A DNA stretch of 64,000 nt from the NCBI GenBank assembly GCA_038087875.1, contig CM075977.1, forward strand, positions 336,040,001-336,104,000, in the 5' to 3' direction. Position numbers and translations under genes: made by a program. The stretch is from Malacoraja senta (taxonomy: Eukaryota). Under the pieces are notes generated by a model, which did no database searches, had not been told where the DNA came from, and saw nothing but the letters and a program-made list of their open reading frames with translations. Below, in pieces: positions 38,789-52,705 of this stretch; within the stretch, counting starts at the first letter, position 1, and every line of letters starts with the position of its first letter.

Positions 38789-39853
38789 CTAAACAAAACA
38801 GCCAAAGCTCAGTGGATATTCTTACGAAGCAGACGTACTTCAGTGCCAGCACTGAAGTTACACAGCAGTGCTAAAGCATATTCAAACTTATAAGCCAAAA
38901 TATGTTCCATGGTTCATTTCCTTCAGCAATTAATTACTGAAATCATCCGTTTCCTGTTCTCGTTTTAAGCCTACACTTCCCATGTATTGTTTATCCTGCA
39001 TTAGAAACCCATTAGTCAACAGTCTGAGTATATAATACTCAAGTCATGACCTAAGGGGGAATTCCCATTATGATAAATTTACATTATGATAAACTGGAAA
39101 ATCTGGAAAAACTGGAAAATCACTCAGAAAACTGAAGCGTACCAGTCTAAGGCACAGGTGTGGGATCTACTGAATCCCACGACAGAAAGCAAAGAACAAA
39201 CAACACTTAGCTGAGCCAGACACCTTGTGAGCCTGAAGCTCCTTTTACCTATATTCTCACCAATCATAACCCATGTGCTGATAAGGCCAATTAGTGCATC
39301 TGACCTTGGAGTAGTTAATCAGCTCTTGTGGCTGGACCTTCTCGTGAGACTGCTGGCGAGTCGCCAGTGGTGAAAGGCTGTATGCTAAACCAACGTGGGC
39401 GTGAAGGCGCCACACAGGTGTTCTGGAAGCACCAACAGGAATGATCACTTAAACAGAAAGTTTATTTTTAAAAGAGAGAGATCACTCAATCAATGCAGGA
39501 CTATTTCTGTGCAATTGTCTTGGTATGGTTGCCTCAGATTTAAATCTGTTAATCCTTCATCATTTGCCTACAGCAAAATTACCCAGAAAATCATTCAAAA
39601 AGTGGTGTGTGGCAGAGGGTTGTACTTTATTTTTCAAACACATCTCTGTAATCACTGATTCATAACATTTGATTTCTGTTTGCTTATATGTATATTTTAG
39701 TTCAATGAAACAACCCAATATCCTGTTCTTTTTTTAATTGTGTATGGATTTTGCTTTTTGTTCGGAACTGTGAAAGATGACACAAAGCAATCACGCAGAC
39801 GGAGTTTCCTCATTACTGCAATATTTAGGTTGGATGTTGGATCCAATCCATAC

Positions 39854-40008
39854 CTCCAATGTAGAGAGGGGAGTCTATGTTAAGTGTGGATTGTCTGGCT
39901 AGATTGTTGATGCTCTTTGGGTTTCCTCCATCAATCACCAAGCTCAACATTTGATCAGCTGCCACCAGTTCCAGACTGTGAAAGTTGCCATCATTAATTG
40001 TTTCCACA
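39854..40008 (-). CDS. slit2: Slit2 coding exon (laminin-G)
   Basis: [52 protein letters not shown]; ctgcag|T and G|gtatgg; 155 nt. Confidence 0.95.
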
Positions 40009-40767
40009 CTGCAGAAAAAAAATAAGGGGAATTAGTTAACTGGAAAATGTATATTTTATTTTGTACCAAAAATCAGGTTGATTTACTTGATCATATGTTT
40101 GTAGTTAATCACTCATTGAAAAAATATTTGATTTAGTTTAACACCAAAAGAATTAAGGATCAGTCACTTGATCAATGAACGCAATCATCCTTTATTTGTC
40201 CTTGTCTCCATCCACACTGCTACTGATGACAAATCCACGATGGACCAGACAGAACTGCAAATATATTCCAAAAGAAATGCTACATAATCTGGCATGAAAA
40301 GTAAACAAGCTACATTGTAACCTGCTTGGCAGCTGTGTTAACACATCAAGACTATTAAATTTAAAAGCCAATGGAACCAGTCTTCAGACATAGAGCTCAA
40401 TCCGTATTAATATCACACCACACATTGAGTATTCATATCAGAGGTTATCTCTACAGAATCTCAAAGAGAAAGTATGATAGCTGGACAGGAACCCAAAGGT
40501 AACAAAATAAAACCCATAATTTTAATAGAAAACTAGACCAAATGGGACACGTTGGGCCCCGTTCCCCCAATGCAATATTCCACCAAACTGCGCAGTGTGG
40601 CTGACGGGTTCCCATTGTGATGTCAGAGATCCCCGTTGTGACGCGAGTCACGTCAACCCTCACCCAACTGCGCGGCCGGCAAGTGGGAGCGTGACTGAAG
40701 CGTTTTAAAGCTTAAAATGGCAATATTGTAAAATTTAAAATCAATGTGAATGCATCTCATTTGGAGT

Positions 40768-43190
40768 TTGGAGTTTGTAAAATGTGTGCAGCATAGTTTT
40801 TTGCAGCAATACATAGAGGTACCTACTAGAGAAGGGGCAGTGCTGGTCCTCCTGTTAGGAAATGAGACAGGGCAGGTGGCGGAGGTATGCTTTGGGGAGC
40901 ACCTCGGGTCCAGTGATCACAATACCATTAGTTTCAATATAATTATGGAGAGGGTCAGAACTGGACCTAGGGTTGAGATTTTTGATTGGAGAAAGGCTAA
41001 CTTTGAGGAGATGCGAAAGGATTTAAAAGGAGTGAATTGGGACATGTTGTTTTATGGGAAGGATGTAGAAGAGAAATGGAGGACATTTAAAGGTGACATT
41101 TTAAGAGTACAGAATCTTTATGTCCCTGTTCGGTTGAAAGGAAATAGTAAAAATTGGAAAGAGCCATGGTTTTCAAGGGAAATTGGACACGGTTCGGAAA
41201 AAGAGAGAGATCTACAATAATTATAGGCAGCATGGAGTAAATGAGGTGCTTGAGGAGTATAAAGAATGTAAAAAGAATATTAAGAAAGAAATTAGAAAAG
41301 CTAAAAGATATGAGGTTGCTTTGGCAAGGTGAAAGTAAATCCAAAGGGTTTCTACAGCTATATTAATAGCAAAAGGATAACAAGGAATAAAATTGGTCCA
41401 ATAGAGAGTCAGAGTGGACAGCTATCTGCAGAGCCAAAAGAGATGGGGGAGATATTGAACAATTTCTTTTCTTCGGTATTCACCAAGGAGAAGGATATGG
41501 AATTATGTGAGGTAAGGGAAACAAGCAGAGTAGCAATGGAAACCATGAGATTCAAAGAAGAGGAGGTGCGGACACTTTTGAAAAATATGAAAACGGATAA
41601 GTCTCCAGGTCCTGACAGGATATTCCCTAGGACATTGAGGGAAGTTAGTGTAGAAATACTGTAGCAGGGGCTATGACAGAAATATTTCAAATGTCATTAG
41701 AAACGGGAATAGTGCCGGAGGATTGGCGTACTGCGCATGTTGTTCCGTTGTTTAAAAAGGGTTCTAAGAGTAAACCTAGCAATTATAGACCTGTTAGTTT
41801 GACGTCAGTGGTGGGCAAATTAATGGAAAGGATACTTAGAGATAATATATATAAGCATCTGGATAAGCAGGGTCTGATTAGGAACAGTCAACATGGATTT
41901 GTGCCTGGAAGGTCATGTTTGACTAATCTTCTTGAATTTTTCAAAGAGGTTACTAGGGAAATTGATGAGGGTAAAGCAGTGGATGTTGTCTATATGGACT
42001 TTAGTAAGGCCTTTGACAAGGTTCCTCATGGAAGGTTGGTTAAGAAGATTCAATTGTTGGGTATTAATGGTGGAGTAGCAAGATGGATTCAACAGTGGCT
42101 GAATGGGAGATGCCAGAGAGTAATGGTGGATGGCTGTTTGTCAGGTTGGAGGCCGGTGACTAGTGGGGTGCCTCAGGGGTCTGTGTTGGGTCCACTGTTG
42201 TTTGTCATGTACATCAATGATCTGGATGATGGTGTGGAAAATTGGATTAGTAAGTATGCAGATGATACTAAGATAGGTGGTGTTGTGGATAATGAAGTAG
42301 ATTTTCAAAGTCTACAGAGAGATTTAGGCCATTTGGAAGAGTGGGCTGAAAGATGGCAGATGGAGTTTAATGCTGATAAATGTGAGGTGCTACATCTCGG
42401 CAGGACAATTCAAAATATGACTTACATGGTAAATGGTAGCGAATTGAGGAATGCAGTTGAACAGAGGGATCTAGGAATAACTGTGCATAGTTCCCTGAAG
42501 GTGGAATCTCATGTAGATAGGGTGGTAAAGAAAGCTTTTGGTGTGCTGGCCTTTATAAATCAGAGCATTGAATATAGAAGTTGGGATGTAATGTTAAAAT
42601 TGTACAAGGCATTGGTGAGGCCAATTCTGGAGTATGGAGTACAATTTTGGTCGCCTAATTATAGGAAGGATGTCAACAAAATAGAGAGAGTACAGAGGAG
42701 ATTTACTAGAATGTTGCCTGGGTTTCAGCAACTAAGTTACAGAGAAAGGTTGAACGAGTTAGGTCTTTATTCTTTGGAGCGCAGAAGGTTAAGAGGGGAC
42801 TTGATAGAAGTCTTTAAAATTATGAGCGGGTTAGACAGAGTTGACGTGGATAAGCTTTTCCCATTGAGTAGGGAAAATTCAAATAAGGGGACATGACTTG
42901 AGAATTAAGGGACAGAAGTTTAGGGGTAACATTAGGGGGAACTTCTTTACTCAGAGAGTGGTAGCTGTGTGGAATGAGCTTCCAGTGGAAGTGGTGGAGG
43001 CAGGTTCGATTTTATCCTTTAAAAATAGATTGGATGGGTATATGGACGGGAAAGGAATGGAGGGTTATGGTCTGAGTGCAGGTAGATGGGACTAGGGGGA
43101 AGTAAAAAAAAAAATTTAAAAAAAAAGTGTTCGGCACGGACTTGAAGGTCCGAGATGGCCTGTTTCCGTGCTGTAATGGTTATATGGTTA
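40768..43190 (+). mobile_element. 5'-truncated CR1-type LINE
   Basis: 407-aa RT ORF 41673-42896 (NYRPVSLTS, GVPQGSVLGP, KYADD) with upstream and downstream fragments; (ATGGTTAT)n tail; ATCTCA on both sides. Confidence 0.9.
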
Positions 43191-43705
43191 TATCTCACTC
43201 TCCCTCTACAGTCCCCTATTCCACTCCTCCATTATACTCCCTCTCCCTACCTTCCACCAACCGTCCTCTGCTTCCTCCGCTCACTCCCTCCCTCCCCTCC
43301 TCTCTTCCCCCTCCCCTCCTCCTTTACCTCACATACTCCCTCCCCCTCCTCTTCACCCTCCCTCTTCTTTCCCCTCTTCTCCTCCTCTCCCTCACTCCCT
43401 CCTTCACCTCTCTCTCCCTCTCCTTTCCCCTACACTCACTCCCTCCCTCCCTCAATAACCCCTCTATACTCCCTACCCCCTCTTCTCCATCTATCCCCCT
43501 CCTCCCCCACTCAACTCCCCCATCCCACTCTCTCTCCTCACGTCCCCCACTGCCCTCCTTTCCCTCTATCCACCACTACCCTCCTCCTCTCCCTCTATCT
43601 CCCCTCCTCCCCCATTCTCCCTCCTCACCTCCTCCACTTTCCCCTCCCTCTCCCTCTCCCTCCCTACCTCCTCCTCTCCCTCAATCCCCCCAATCTCTCT
43701 CCTCA

Positions 43706-43924
43706 CCACCGCCGGCCCCGTTTTCTCCACGACGTCGGCGATGAAGTTGTACATGAAGCTAGGGCTGTCGGGGGGGACATACGAGCGGCCTGGAGCCGGG
43801 GGAGGGAGAGGCTGAGGCTGTGGCCTAGTCCTTGCCCCAGGTCCTGCTCTTCTCCCTCCCAGCGGGCCCGGAGCAGCAGTGCCGCCGCCCCCAGACCCAG
43901 CCCCAGCCTCAGTGCCGCGGTCAT
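43706..43924 (-). pseudogene. Captured HTRA2/Omi exon-1 fragment (TM segment to start of protease domain)
   Basis: MTAALRLGLGLGAAALLL...LPRLQAA..P, then after a frameshift in a C-run DSPSFMYNFIADVVEKTGPAVV; matches the HtrA motif YNFIADVVEK. Confidence 0.8.
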
Positions 43925-44484
43925 TTAAAATCCCGTACTTGAGGCGGGGGCTGTCGGAGGGGGGGGGGTTGGGCGGGAACGAGCCAAATGGTTATAATCA
44001 AGTTCTTTCTTTAACATAACCTAAACACAATGTTAGCTGGTAATGAAAACGGAAATCACGATTTTTTAAAATGTAAATGAGGTTCGGAATCCCATTGTGA
44101 CCTCATTGTGACGTCGACTGACGGGCAGGGCAAATGGAAATGTAGTTTGAAAAGTTGTTTTTTTATTTTAAAATGCCAATAACTTGTAAATTATAACATC
44201 AATCTGAACGAAATTTGGCTAACGGATACCCCAGGACAATGGTGAGTAAGGTGGGCCAAAAATTGTAGCGCTATCATGTACTGTTTTGAAATCTCACACA
44301 CACGCATACAAACAAGCAAGATGAAAGTCTTATATATATATAGCTTTCTACATTTTTCTGTAAAACTGAAATAATCTGAAACAAAACATAAATGGCAAAC
44401 TTCAGAAAGTGACGCAGCAACAGAATTGATGGAAATTCAATTTCAAACCTGAAAATCTTGTGTTGGTTCCCTCTCCACACATTT

Positions 44485-44722
44485 TTTAGTTTAGAGATAC
44501 AGCATGGAAACAGGCCATTCAGTCCCACCGAATCCATGCCGACCACCGTTCACCCTGATTCTATGTTATCTCACTTTCTCATCCACTCCCTACAAACTAG
44601 GGGGGATTTACAGGTCAATTAACTGACAAACCCGCACATCTTTGGGATGTGGGAGGAAACCGGAGTTCCCGAAGGAAACCCATGCAATCAGTGCAAACTC
44701 CAACAGACAGCACCTGAGAACA
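44485..44722 (-). mobile_element. tRNA-derived SINE, 5'-truncated
   Basis: Reverse complement of the 10272-10564 family. Confidence 0.65.
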
Positions 44723-47700
44723 GAATGAACAAATGACCAGATGCCAGATGCATTGAAAAGAATACCAGTTCCAATAAAATCAACAAGGGAGAATATCTCA
44801 ATTGTTTTTACTAACTCTTGATCGGTGAAATTATAAAACGGATTAAAATGGTGTATTTAATTACCCGGCTACGGTTTGGGAGATGGATGTTTTCACTTCA
44901 CCCAGACTTAATGGAAGACCATTATTCACAGTAACAAATCACATAGTACTGACAAGCACTGTGCATAATGCTAACTCAGTAGCCCACTGTCAACCCTATT
45001 CTGAATTCCCTGATAAGAGGCACTGTTTTGTGATGTGCCATTTCTATTAGCATGCAGACAGCTTCATTTGCAAGATTGAAGTCTTTTCGGATCATTTAAT
45101 CTGTCACCATTTTTAAAAGTAGAGTTTTACAAGGTTATTTAAGAAGAAAAGACCGTCTTGGCCTTGGGGATAATTTTAAACGTTGAGCAACATTAATGCA
45201 AAGCAAGGAGAGCTCAGCACTTCAGGCAGTATATGTAGAGAGAACAGGCTTATATTAATGTTTCCGGTGTGGTCTCTTAATCAGAATGGGAATTTTATGT
45301 CAATGTTTCAATCCTGTCCACAGATAATGATTAATCTGCTGAGTATTTTTGTTCTTTACTTTTTTTTAATAGAATTTCCAGAATTTGGAGCACATTTTTT
45401 TATTTAAATAAAATTCAAATTCATTCTTCTTTTTTAATTACTTTGCCGTAATTATACATAGAAGCATTTATATCATACTTCAGCAGAATGGCAATTATAT
45501 TAAAAACTCACTGTAATCTTCTCAGCGACTGAAGGCTGCTGGTAAATGATAAATGTTAAGAATCACAGGCTTGTCAAAGTATTCTAATTGAGTTAATTAT
45601 TAGCAGTATCTTTGTGTTAGGCAAGCCAACATATTGCCAGAAGGACCTGTCACAATTCTGTACATGAATGATGAATTGTCTAATTAATGCCTTATGGCAA
45701 AACATTTCTCTTCTCCCCTCTTTTGTGACTTTGCAATTAATCCTGACATTACCAGTCTTCTTTGGTTGGATGAGTTTGGATGAATTACTTGGAAGCAGCC
45801 AGCTTCGTTCATTGCTTGTAGCCTGTTCCTTCAGAAAGACCACTGCTGCAGATTAATTTCAAACTGAATTGTCAAAATTTGATTTTGCTCGTAAAAGAGT
45901 AATGAAATATTTAAGTTATATTCTTACTCATTTTACAAACTAGGAGCTGCGCTCTATTTGTTTCCATTCCCCTGGTCTTATTGAGGTTTTGTACTAATCA
46001 GAGTTGGCTAACATTACTTTGAACTGGCAACATTGGTGCATGTTTGCATTGATCCTGTTGCTGAATATGTATGGATGGGCAGATATCAATTGAACACCAC
46101 ATCACCTTCAACTGTGATGACATGCCCTCTTCTGAAAGTTGAACTGCTTCCTCAGCCCATGGGTGAACTATGACTGCTGAAGTATTGCCGCCAATCATGA
46201 AAGCAGAAAGTGCGAACTACTATCTTTCAGGAGAGGAAGGGAGAGGGGAAAAATTATTTTGTTTTCTTGCCACATGCACTAGGTCTCCTTGATAGACATA
46301 AAATACTGGAGACTTAGCGGGTCTGGCAGCTTCTCTGGAGCAAAGGAATAGGTGATGTTTCAGGTCGAGTCCCTTCTTCAGACTGAGAGTCAGGGGAGAT
46401 AACTTCTTCAAAGTAGGCATACCTTGTGGAGATTTCACAGTGGAGCAGGAAAAATGTGTAGGAAGGAACCTGACAGAATGTGCTTCATTGGAGCTACTGC
46501 TTTAGATGGCGACTCACCATCTAAATGTTGGACATTTAATTTGTAAACCCCCAAACCACAAATTGGATCAATTATTGCAAACCTCTTCTCTGTAATAGGC
46601 ATCAATACAAATAGACTTAACTATTGAAATACTTTAACCAAGCACTAAAATGTGATTTCCTGTGAAGTGAACTAATAGGTTCTAAGACAATTAAGAATCC
46701 TACATGTGTGTGCACCCACACTCATACACAAGAACCCAAGAAAACATGAGCTGGGATAAGCCAGCTGACCCCTCGAGCATGCCGCACTTTTCAATATAAT
46801 CACGTCTATTCTGCCTGAGGGCACAACCTCTCTTCTGTGTCAGTTCCACACAGCCGTCCATGCCCTAATCATTCAACGACGCATCCACCCCTTCTCTTTA
46901 AATAGCTCCATGATCATTTCTGACTTCATCTACGTTTCTCAATGTGTATAAAATAGTCCAATTGCAGTGTTTGACACCACTTGCTATAGCTACAAAATGA
47001 ATACAACAGTCGTAAATAGAGCAGAATAAATAATTCATCCGAGTATCACCAAATGTTATAAATCTTGGAACAAACTGATTTAAAGAAATTGCATCAATTA
47101 ATTTAAGTTTCCAGAAAAACACAAATGGATTCAGTAAATGAATATATGAATGATGTGACAAGCTATCTAAGCAAAAAACTACATCAGTCTACATCAAACC
47201 TAGCCTGGATCCTTCTTGGTGAGGCATTTTGTTCTAAGGCTGATCTGACAGATATCACTCAGCATAAATGTCTCCATTTGTAATACTGGATTCAGAAGGA
47301 GTTGGGAAAACAGGAACGTTGTGTGGCCAAAGCCTGCCTCAGACCTGCTCTGACATTCCAGGCCATAGGAGGTGGGGGGCTGATAAGTATTAGGGTAGGT
47401 CCCACCTTGGATAATGTCAACTTAGAAACTAGGGAATTGGCTGCCACCCAAGCACAACTACTATCCATTTTCTGCTGGATTCCACAGGACTGCTGCCGGA
47501 GCTTTCAGTAGGAACACAGTTGAAGTTAAAGTACCAGTTAGTGCCTTGCATTAATCAAGCAGCAGAGCACATCTGCAAAAATAAATAGAAGAACATCTGG
47601 GCATTGGCATTCCTGTCAGTGAAATATTGCTCTCACTTCTTGGAATGGGTTCAAATTGAGCCCCAGCTAATGCGCTGAAGTCTCATGGGTAGAGATGCAT

Positions 47701-48338
47701 TCATGTTCACTCATGATAACGCTACGATATAGTTTGTTATGCTTCACCTGATACTGCACTCCCAAAATTATGATACATGGAAGTCAACACAACTTAATTT
47801 TGGAAGCAAAATTATTATACATTGAGAGCTTGCGACCGAGGACAAGCCTCTATTTCTAAACGGTCTCCTGCAGCAGATGTCTACTTGGATGGTTCATGGC
47901 TCTCAATGGGCATGAAGACAACATCAAAAGTAATCCTAATCTGGTCCTTTACTCTCAGTGGTTAAGTGATAGCTGATCCAGGAAATGTAGCAGTGGATCA
48001 GTGTGGAAAGGTTGCAGTACATTGTAAGGATGAAGTGGAGAGAAGGTTACAATGCTGCTGTCATAGTTCATGTTTGATTGAGCTATTGGGTGCCTTAACT
48101 GGAAAGCAGCGCTTCACGTTAATGTCTTTTACTTCCATGAAGAACAAAATCACAACATAAATGACAATGATAAACATCCTGATGTCTTTTACTTCCACGG
48201 AGAAAAAGTTACAAAGTAAACATCCTATTAAATATACCTTAACTACATAACATGATTATTTTCCATGCTGCTTCTAACTTTATTGTTTGCATAAGTTAAC
48301 TTAATTTCCCAATGGAGCAGGTTACGCATATCACTCAC

Positions 48339-48469
48339 CTGTAAATGGCAGATGCTGGATATACACCTGTGTCATAGCTGACACGTACTCGCCCACGAAA
48401 GAGCTCCACTGCTATGTGATCATTGTCGCCTTTGTACAGCAAAATGCCATTGTCTTCTTCTGTAGCAAC
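48339..48469 (-). CDS. slit2: Slit2 coding exon (laminin-G)
   Basis: [44 protein letters not shown]; ccccag|GTT and AG|gtgagt; 131 nt. Confidence 0.95.
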
Positions 48470-49261
48470 CTGGGGATTGTCAAGTGGAAATATCAGCTTG
48501 TTGGTCTTCATCGGGATCACATCATTTAGAGACAAAAATGTAAGAAATTAGATCTCATCTTCAATTACCTTAAAATGCATTGATAACTCTTATTCAAAAA
48601 GTACTTATCAAATATTTCATTGTTTGTTTGCCAAACATACAATGTATGATTTCAAGTACATGTGTAAATGTCATTATCATGCTTCAGAACGACAAGCATT
48701 CTTCTTGGGTGAAGAGGTGACTTTTGTTCTGATTGAGATCGCTTTCCATTGATTTTGTTCCACAATTGTTTCAATGCCTTCATGCAAATAGCTTGAAAAG
48801 CAGCAGAAAAACGTATCACTGCACTGTGCTGCAAGTTGCAGTTTTATTTGGAAGCATAGTCACTTTGTACACTTGAAATCTCTGAGCAATGGGTGTTGCT
48901 GAACCACATCTAAGCACTGTTGAATAGGTACAAAGGGACGCCCAAACTGGAGAAAGCCATGTGGCTCCTCGAATCTGTTCTGCCATTCAGTGAGATTGTG
49001 GTTGATCAGCATCACAGTACTGCCTGCTGCCTTTGCTCCATATCTCTTCATTACCTTGGCTTAAATATGCTTCTCCTAGTGAGTTTGCTCAGCTTCCAAG
49101 AATGCACTCTTATTAAGGAGTATAAAAATGCAACCCTGATCCACCTGCTGATCTTTCTTGTCTGACAGACAACACTAAACAATGAAGCATAGTGAACTGT
49201 GAGGTGAAAGCTGCAACTTGAGTCCAGTTCTGGCATCACACATTTATAGAAGATGTGAACT

Positions 49262-50312
49262 CCATAGTGATCACCAGATTCCTGACAGACAGGAAGCAGA
49301 ATGTGAGGCTGGGAAAGCATATCTCGGACCCGCAAACCCTCAGCATAGGAGCACCGCAAGGCTGCGTACTCTCCCCTCTACTCTACACCAATGACTGCAC
49401 CTCCACTGACTCCTCTGTCAAGCTTCTCAAGTTTGCGGACGACACAACCCTGATTGGACTGATCCAGGATGGGGAGGAATCTGCCTACAGACAGGAAGTC
49501 CTGGTGCCATCGCAACAACCTGGAGCTCAATGCTCTTAAGTGGAATTGATTGTAGACTTTAGGAGAGCTCCCCCTCCCCTCACCCCACTCACCATCAACA
49601 ACACCACAGTCACATCTGTGGAGTCTTTTAAGTTCCTGGGAACCATCATCTCCAAGGACCTTAAGTGGGGGGCTACCATCGACTCCACAGTCAAAAAGGC
49701 ACTGTTGTACCTCTGATGTACTTCCTCGGCAGCTGAGGAAGCACAATCTGCCACAGGCAATGATGGTCCAATTCTATACGGCCATCGTAGAGTCTGTCCT
49801 CACCTTCTCCATCATGGTCTGGTTTGGCTCAGCCACCAAGCATGACATCCAGAAGCTGCAGCGTTTCGTACAATCAGCTGAGAAGGTTATTGGCTGCAAC
49901 CTTCCCTCCATTGATGAACTGTACACTGCAAGGGCCAGGAAGCGAGCGGGTAAGATCATCTCTGACCCCTCTCACCCTGGCCACAAACTCTTTGAATCAC
50001 TTCCATCTGGAAGACGACTCTGGACTGTCAAAGCTGCCACAGCCAGACATAAAAACAGCTTTTTTCCACGAGTAGTAGATCTACTCAATAACCAAAAATC
50101 TGTAGCCTCCTTTTGCTCTGGTATTTTATTTATTTCACATGTTTAATCAATAATGTTTTATTATTAATGTTTAATGTTTAATGTATCGTTCTTAACTGTC
50201 ACTGTATGTCATGTTGTCATTTGTGGGCAGAGCACCAAGGCAAATTCCTTGTATGTGAATACCTGGCCAATAAACATATTAATTAATTAATTAATTCATT
50301 CATTCATTCATA
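49262..50312 (+). mobile_element. Rex1/Babar-type LINE 3' fragment
   Basis: [31 protein letters not shown]; (ATTC)n tail. Confidence 0.8.
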
Positions 50313-50502
50313 GAGACAATATTGAAAGTTATACTGGAATATTTCCAAATATTTCCAAAAAGGCTGTTGGAAATCTGAATATGTCCATTTAATGGTCTGA
50401 AGGAATGGCAACTTCTCATGACATAAATTTCACGTATTGTTTTGATACTTCATAAATATAATGCTCAAATATTGTTATTGTGAGAGAAATTATTTTTCTT
50501 AC

Positions 50503-50743
50503 CTGGAGAGAGATATTGGGTTGCACGTGTACGTTTGGTGAAGGAATCTGTAGGTAAGAATCTCTGTTCACAAAGTTCACGCTGACTAATGTTTCACACT
50601 TGTCACCTTCATAACCATGTAGGCATTGACAAACAGGCTCATTACCAATCTCAATGCACTGCGCTCCATTCTGGCAGTCAAAGTGATCACAGGGACTAGT
50701 GCGAGGTAGAACCATCGGAGGGGACACTTCACAAAACAGACCA
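50503..50743 (-). CDS. slit2: Slit2 coding exon (processing-site linker, EGF6, start of laminin-G)
   Basis: [29 protein letters not shown]...[26 protein letters not shown]; tttcag|T and CAG|gtaag; 241 nt; MVLPRTSP matches the Slit2 cleavage region. Confidence 0.95.
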
Positions 50744-51003
50744 CTGAAAGACAGTATATTTAAAAAAAACTGACTTAGTGCTCCTGGAAGAGGATACAGT
50801 AATAAACAGTGCACACAGCTTATCAACCACCTAAGATTGTAAGTTGTACCAACTAATAGGTATAACATTTAGAAAACCAGAGATCAAACAAGGCTAGAAA
50901 ATTATTTGGCACCTGAAAGATATGTTAAATGTATGGAGTGCCTGGTACCAGTTGCTGAAAACATTTTACTGCACATTAGGATCAGCTTGTGCAGCACAGT
51001 GGC

Positions 51004-52705
51004 ACAGCACTCCACCAATCTGGCCTTTATGGTAGAGTGGCCAGACGGAAGCCACTCCTCAGTAAAAGGCACATGACAATCAAAATGATAGCAGGCAGCC
51101 TTGGAAGCCTTACCCCACTACTCAAACCTCACGTCAAAAACCTTGGCGTGATATTTGACTCAGCACTGAAATTTGACAAACAAGTCAATGCCGTGGTAAA
51201 AGCTAGCTTCTTTCAGCTTTGGATGATAGCTAAAATAAAACAATTCCTCCAGTTTGATGACCTCGAAAAGATCATCCACACATTTATCTCCTCCTGCCTA
51301 GATTACTGCAACTCCCTTTACACTGGCATCAGCCAATCTTCCCTGTCCCGCCTGCAACTGGTCCAAAACGCCGCAGCGAGACTCCTGACGGGCACCCGAA
51401 ATCGGGACCACATCACCCCGATCCTGGCCTCTCTCCACTGGCTCCCTGTGCGGTTCCGTATACATTTCAAGATCCTCCTCTATGTCTACAAAGCCCTCAA
51501 CGGGCTTGCCCCCACCTACATTAAAAGTCTTCTTACCCACCACTCCAACTCCAGGTCCCTCAGATCGGCCGACTTGGGGTTGCTGAATATCCCGCGGTCT
51601 AGGCATAAGCTCAGGGGTTACCGCGCCTTTGCGGTTGCAGCTCCTAGACTGTGGAACAGCATCCCCCTTCCCATCAGAACTGCCCCTCCATCAATTCCTT
51701 TAAGTCAAGACTAAAAACTTATCTATACACCCAAGTCTTTCTTGATGTCCTCTGAGCGAGGGCTATATGTATATATGTATGTAGTTTGTTTGTTTATACT
51801 ATTCTTATAACAAATGTAAAGCACTTTGGCCAACGAGAGTTGTTTTTTAAATGTGCTATATAAATAAATGTGACTTGACTTGACTTGACTTGATAGCCTG
51901 CTTGGAGTTTGCCAAAAGGCACCTAAAGGACTCTCAGACCATGAGAAATAAGATTCTCTGGTCTGATGAAACCAAGATTGAACTCTTTGGCCTGAATGCC
52001 AAGCGTCACATCTGGAAGAAACCAGGCACCGCTCATCACCTGGCCAATACCATACCTGTGGTGAAGCATGGTGGTGGCAGCATCATGCTGTGGGGATGTT
52101 TTTCAGTGGCAGGAACTGGGAGACTAGTCAGGATCGAGGGAAAGATAAATGGAGCAAAGTACAGAGAGAGATCCTTGATGAAAACCTGCTACACAGCTTT
52201 CTGGACCTCAGACTGGGGCGGAGGTTCACCTTTCACCTGTGACAAGCCTGTGAATGTCCTTGAGTGGCCCAGCCAGAGCCCAGACTTGAACCCAATCGAA
52301 CATCTCTGGAGGGACCTGAAAATAGGTGTGCATCGACGCTCCCCATCCAACCTGACAGAGCTTGAGAGGATCTGCAGAGAAGAATGGGAGAAATTTCCCA
52401 AATACAGATGTGCCAAGCTTGTAGCGTCATACCCAAGAAGACTTGAGGCTGTAATCGCTGGCAAAGGTGCCTGAACAAAGTACTGAGTAAAGTATCTGAA
52501 TACTTATGTAAATGTGATATTTCAGTTATTTCTTTTTAATTACTTTGCAAAAATTTCTAAACACCTGTTTTCACTTTTTTATTATGGGGTATTGTGTGTA
52601 GATTGCTGATAAAAAAAAAAAGAATTTAATCCATTTTAGAATAAGTCTGTAACGTAACAAAATGTGGAAAAAGTGAAGGGCTCTGAATACATTCTGAATG
52701 CACTG
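51004..52705 (+). mobile_element. Tc1-family DNA transposon, 5'-truncated with an internal deletion, split by an L2 insertion
   Basis: ALHQSGLYGRVARRKPLLSKRHMT / ACLEFAKRHLKD..WSDETK..KHGGGSIMLWGCF..WPSQSPDLNPIEHLW; FQQDND segment missing; right end ..GAATGCACTG|TA at 52705. Confidence 0.88.
51078..51890 (+). mobile_element. L2 LINE 3' fragment inserted in Tc1
   Basis: VKNLGVIFDS..LQLVQNAAARLL..HITPILASLHWLPV..PRLWN; TGTAAAGCACTTTG tail and (TGACT)n. Confidence 0.88.

Larger units (their letters stand above)
40533..44344 (-). mobile_element. Non-autonomous Helitron carrying an HTRA2 exon-1 fragment (copy 2), interrupted by a CR1 LINE
   Basis: CTAG at 40533-40536 with adjacent degenerate hairpin; shares the GGTGGAATATTGC..GGGGAAC subterminal motif with copies 1 and 3; 5' end CTATATATATAAGAC near 44343. 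Confidence 0.75.

Noticed and set aside
43566-43924. Functional htra2 gene
   Set aside because: Frameshifted, lacks the catalytic protease and PDZ exons, and sits inside transposon termini.
50989-51714. 241-aa ORF as a novel transposase-RT fusion gene
   Set aside because: Chance in-frame junction of a Tc1 fragment with an inserted, 5'-truncated L2; neither catalytic domain is complete.
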